Origin: Trypanosoma brucei
Taxonomy: Eukaryota
Length of the DNA: 64,000 nt
Direction of reading: 5' to 3'
Assembly (NCBI GenBank): GCA_000002445.1
Contig: CH464491.1
Span: forward strand, 1,152,001-1,216,000
Shown piece by piece: positions 60,760-64,000 of this stretch (within the stretch, counting starts at the first letter, position 1; every line of letters starts with the position of its first letter). The notes below the pieces were generated by a model, which was not told the DNA's origin, did no database searches, and saw nothing but the letters and a program-made list of their open reading frames with translations. The position numbers and the translations under genes are program-made.

Positions 60760-63700
60760 TCACGAGCTACGTGCTGCACCCTTACGTTGCTCCCGGAGCA
60801 CCATAAGCTGTCCCATCATATCACTCACTTGCTGAACAGCGGAGAGTTGTTGCTGTGCCGCTGCACCTTTCGCTACTTGAATGAACTGCGCGGGTGGTGC
60901 GCTTGCTGCCGAGAGGGAACACAGATTAACGGCACTTAACAAAAGCGACCAAGCATTGCAACTGTCAATGGGGCTCACAAAATCAGCTTCGTCGAGCAAG
61001 TTTTCCTCCTCTTCATCGCACCCCGCGCCACCTTTACCATCCTTGCGGGCGGCAGCGGCTTCCATGAGAAGCGCCTGCAGGTGGCCCTCGTCTGCCATGC
61101 CATTAGCATCCAAATCGTCATCACTATCCTCACCATCGTCGTCCCACTCATCATCATCATCCTCATCCTCATCCTCAGCGTTGTCCACCAGATCGTCATC
61201 GAGGCCATCATTACTCCACTCATCTTCGCCATCATCACCAAGCTCAGGTTTCTTCGCTTCCTCCTCAGCCATCACGAGTTCAGCATGGCTAAAGTCCGTC
61301 AGCACACTGCTCTGGAGGACACCGCAAAGTACCTCGGCCACACAATCAGACATCTGTTGGTCTTTGGCGCACATTATTTGTGTGACGGAAGCAACCGTCA
61401 TAATGAAGAGACGACGATCGTAAGACCGCAGCATCGCTTGCAATTCCTTTCCCTGTACCAACTCTATGTAGTTCGCAAACAGTGGTACCAAGGCACCGGC
61501 AGAAGAGAGGGATCTAATGGCAAGATCCGGATCGGCGAGAATCGCAGAGAAGACGCTGTTCACGAAAAGTATTGTGAAGGTGCGTCGATGCATTTGCCTG
61601 CACTGTGGATCGTTCAAGACTCGAAGCGCCGTCTGTATCACATACTCAACAAGTCCTCTTGCTGCAGCAACCCGACTTTCACCTTCCTCTGGGTTCTTCT
61701 GTTTGAGTGACCAAAGATTTTGCAGCATGGAATCGTACATCTTGGGCACAGCAGCAAGCTCACTCAGACGCAAATCGCTTTCGTTGTTAAGCACAGTGTC
61801 GCACATTATACTGACGAGTTGCGCAGGAGTAGAATCGGCGACACCTGCTGCGAATGTCGGCACCTCGCAAAGTTCTTTCATGGGAAAACACAAGAATTCC
61901 CGTGGGGCAACACAAACAAAGTTGTCAAGTGGAGGCAGCATCTGGCTAAAGTAATCCACGGATCCTTGTGATACTAATTGATACAAGCACAACAAAAGTT
62001 TCCAAGTGCCAGTGGAAACAGCAGTGCTTTTAGATAGCACGGTGGTGAGAAGCATTAGCGTTGCATCCATGAAACCAAAACAACTACCACCTTCTTGCGC
62101 TAACACAGCAAAGAGCATCGGAGCTGTACGCTCCTGTATTTGCAAAAGTAAGTCATCAACAGGCTGGGAGCCAGGCGTGGAAACATTTGGTTGCGGGAGC
62201 GATCGAACGAGCGTCACGAGGGTATCGAGCACCTCGTCGGCGGCCATAATAGAATCAGAAACAGTGCTCTCACCAGCACCACCGAGCGTTTTGGACGATT
62301 TTTCACTATTGCAAGCATCAAGTGATTCCAAAACAGAGTCCGTATGTCCTTCTGAAAGGGCACGTCCCAACATTTGCTCAAAGTGTTGAGCGAGTACGTC
62401 CGTAAGCTGCAGAGCCCATTGCGACAGTGTTCTGCGGTAGTGCCGAATCGTTTTCCGAAGTGTGCGTACCACACCCTCATTGTCCATCATCCGCATAGCG
62501 CTGAAGTAGTTTTGAATAACCTCGCCGATAACGGGTGTTATCACTTCATGTGCAAATGGGTGGCATATAAGTGGTGCAAAACTTGAGCAAGCTTGGATGC
62601 GCACTGGCGGCTCGGCGTCCTGCAACAGTCGAAGTACCACATGAACAACTCGCTGGTACGCCTGAGAGCTACTCCATTTAATCTTGGGGGCCAGCACACT
62701 AAGTACAAGCGCACATCGTGCCCGGAGAATACCAGCGGGGTATGCCGCTGCGGGTATGATGTATTCGGTAATGAGCCACTCCACCCTCTCATTGGGAAAT
62801 CCGGCAACATCCAGCATACCACCGAACTGGTAAACAGCAAAAAAGCATGCGTCCACCACGCGAGATTCCTCCACAGCTCCACAAGCGGCCGCGGCCGAGT
62901 GGGTCGACAACTTCTCAAGAACAAAGTGCATAAAGTTTGTAAGAGCCAATGCGTCGTGGAACGGTCGCGAGGGTGTAGTGAGAGCCAAAATGAGACTACC
63001 AGACACGACTCGTGCACTGTACATATCTTCTTGAGGGTCAGTCTGCCGCCGAACGTACTCCACGGGGTTCGTTGACCAAAGCTCAGCATCTACAGAGGAA
63101 AATGCAAGCCGAGGAAACAGCAGCTGTGTGAGCAACTCTCCTGCGTTCGGAAACAATATTTGACGGTACACTGCACTGTGCTCGACAGCCAATGTAATTA
63201 TCTCAAGTGCCAAAATGTACGCCTTAGAAGTGACGATGCGCGGAGAGGCATGCCACCGAATAAATTCAAGTGCTTGTTGAACAAGCGGCAGCAGGATGTT
63301 TTCACAGAAGTACTTTGCAGAGCCCCTAGCGCGCGATTCGCACTTCTTAGGAAACATGAGTTCTTGAACCAACTGATAAGAAAGTCGGGTCACCCACTTG
63401 AGTAACTTCCATACAGCCGATTCGTCCGTAGTGGCGAGATCTACCTCGCCGTTCTCATCGTCTTCACAGCTACTGATACGATGACGGTAGAGTGGTAGCA
63501 GTGTTGAGTATGCTGCTTCCGACAATTGCACCACACAAACCCGGCAGAAATGTTCCATCTCAGGTCTTTCACAAAGAAAACGAGGCCACCGCGAGGCCGT
63601 GAGCTCGTGGAAACACTTAAGCACAATACGCAGGCAGTCGGTTAGCACCGTATGCAACGGCGATATTTCAAACGTAAGTGGCACTCCCGTCTGACACACC

Positions 63701-63972
63701 GCATGCGAATGTTGAAGCAACTCCTGTCCCCACGCAGAGCCCAACAGCTCCGCCAGAGACACCAGCGAAGGACCAATGCGGTCAACGAAATCGTCCACCG
63801 CCTCTGCGTCGACATTTATTGGATTATTGTAATACCTGCAGCAAGCAAGCAAAACGCCTAGTGCCGCCCTAAGCCTGGCGGCTGCTGTTTCATAAGGTGG
63901 TGTCGCAACAGCGCCCACATCGCTGTTAAGTACATTCACGCATTCATCGAGGATAGATGTTAACTGGGGCAT
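60760..63972 (-). CDS. importin-beta superfamily karyopherin, importin-7/8 (RanBP7/Nmd5)-like; the reading frame is still open at the window edge, so the N-terminus may be incomplete
   Basis: The motif ELWSTNPVEYVRRQTDPQED matches importin-7 EEWNEDPYEYIRMKFD. The protein is all alpha-helical HEAT-like. The C-terminal acidic block DDDEWDDDGEDSDDDLD is typical of IPO7/8. No in-frame stop lies between 63973 and 64000. Confidence 0.65.
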   Translation of the reverse strand: MPQLTSILDECVNVLNSDVGAVATPPYETAAARLRAALGVLLACCRYYNNPINVDAEAVDDFVDRIGPSLVSLAELLGSAWGQELLQHSHAVCQTGVPLTFEISPLHTVLTDCLRIVLKCFHELTASRWPRFLCERPEMEHFCRVCVVQLSEAAYSTLLPLYRHRISSCEDDENGEVDLATTDESAVWKLLKWVTRLSYQLVQELMFPKKCESRARGSAKYFCENILLPLVQQALEFIRWHASPRIVTSKAYILALEIITLAVEHSAVYRQILFPNAGELLTQLLFPRLAFSSVDAELWSTNPVEYVRRQTDPQEDMYSARVVSGSLILALTTPSRPFHDALALTNFMHFVLEKLSTHSAAAACGAVEESRVVDACFFAVYQFGGMLDVAGFPNERVEWLITEYIIPAAAYPAGILRARCALVLSVLAPKIKWSSSQAYQRVVHVVLRLLQDAEPPVRIQACSSFAPLICHPFAHEVITPVIGEVIQNYFSAMRMMDNEGVVRTLRKTIRHYRRTLSQWALQLTDVLAQHFEQMLGRALSEGHTDSVLESLDACNSEKSSKTLGGAGESTVSDSIMAADEVLDTLVTLVRSLPQPNVSTPGSQPVDDLLLQIQERTAPMLFAVLAQEGGSCFGFMDATLMLLTTVLSKSTAVSTGTWKLLLCLYQLVSQGSVDYFSQMLPPLDNFVCVAPREFLCFPMKELCEVPTFAAGVADSTPAQLVSIMCDTVLNNESDLRLSELAAVPKMYDSMLQNLWSLKQKNPEEGESRVAAARGLVEYVIQTALRVLNDPQCRQMHRRTFTILFVNSVFSAILADPDLAIRSLSSAGALVPLFANYIELVQGKELQAMLRSYDRRLFIMTVASVTQIMCAKDQQMSDCVAEVLCGVLQSSVLTDFSHAELVMAEEEAKKPELGDDGEDEWSNDGLDDDLVDNAEDEDEDDDDEWDDDGEDSDDDLDANGMADEGHLQALLMEAAAARKDGKGGAGCDEEEENLLDEADFVSPIDSCNAWSLLLSAVNLCSLSAASAPPAQFIQVAKGAAAQQQLSAVQQVSDMMGQLMVLREQRKGAARSS

Positions 63973-64000
63973 AAGTGTTGGCCAAGACGCCGGATAGTCA

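Noticed and set aside
1-64000. Prokaryote-type features (Shine-Dalgarno sites, sigma-70 promoters, rho-independent terminators, CRISPR arrays, defence islands)
   Set aside because: Kinetoplastid hallmarks are present: kb-scale intronless ORFs in unidirectional arrays, ESAG8-type LRRPs, polypyrimidine tracts and (TA)n spacers. No repeat-spacer arrays are present, so such calls would be unsupported.

Overview
The sequence looks like a kinetoplastid nuclear chromosome segment, most like an African trypanosome (Trypanosoma brucei-like). Long intronless ORFs sit in same-strand clusters, separated by pyrimidine-rich or microsatellite-rich spacers such as (TA)n and homopolymer C/G runs. This fits polycistronic transcription with trans-splicing, and prokaryotic concepts (operons, RBS, CRISPR) do not apply. 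All plausible genes at 288-29466 are on the + strand and all at 31244-64000 are on the - strand. This places a convergent strand-switch region (transcription termination zone) at about 29.5-31.2 kb. I saw no tRNA, rRNA or SL-RNA genes. The flanks carry conserved housekeeping-type genes: an SDHAF3/ACN9 LYR protein, a CTU2-like tRNA-thiolation subunit, a C2-domain protein, a dual-specificity phosphatase, a PSP1-domain protein, PA2G4/EBP1, an ERGIC-53-like L-type lectin, a CHIP-like U-box protein, a DHHC-family protein and an importin-7/8-like karyopherin. The segment from about 17.1 to 31.2 kb, abutting the strand switch, is the accessory-like part. It holds two diverged ESAG8-type cysteine-containing leucine-rich-repeat protein (LRRP) genes. 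Between them are two predicted surface or secreted protein genes, one with a signal peptide plus a GPI-like tail and one a Cys-rich secreted protein. A 478-bp direct repeat of about 98.7% identity (18815-19292 and 26614-27091) brackets that cassette. The most interesting single-gene observations are a DHHC-CRD protein whose DHHC motif reads NNHC (likely catalytically dead) and an L-type lectin with no transmembrane/KKxx end but an RS/acidic charged tail. Other points worth noting are EBP1 with a long basic RS-rich N-terminal extension, very long UTRs, and microsatellites abutting start and stop codons.
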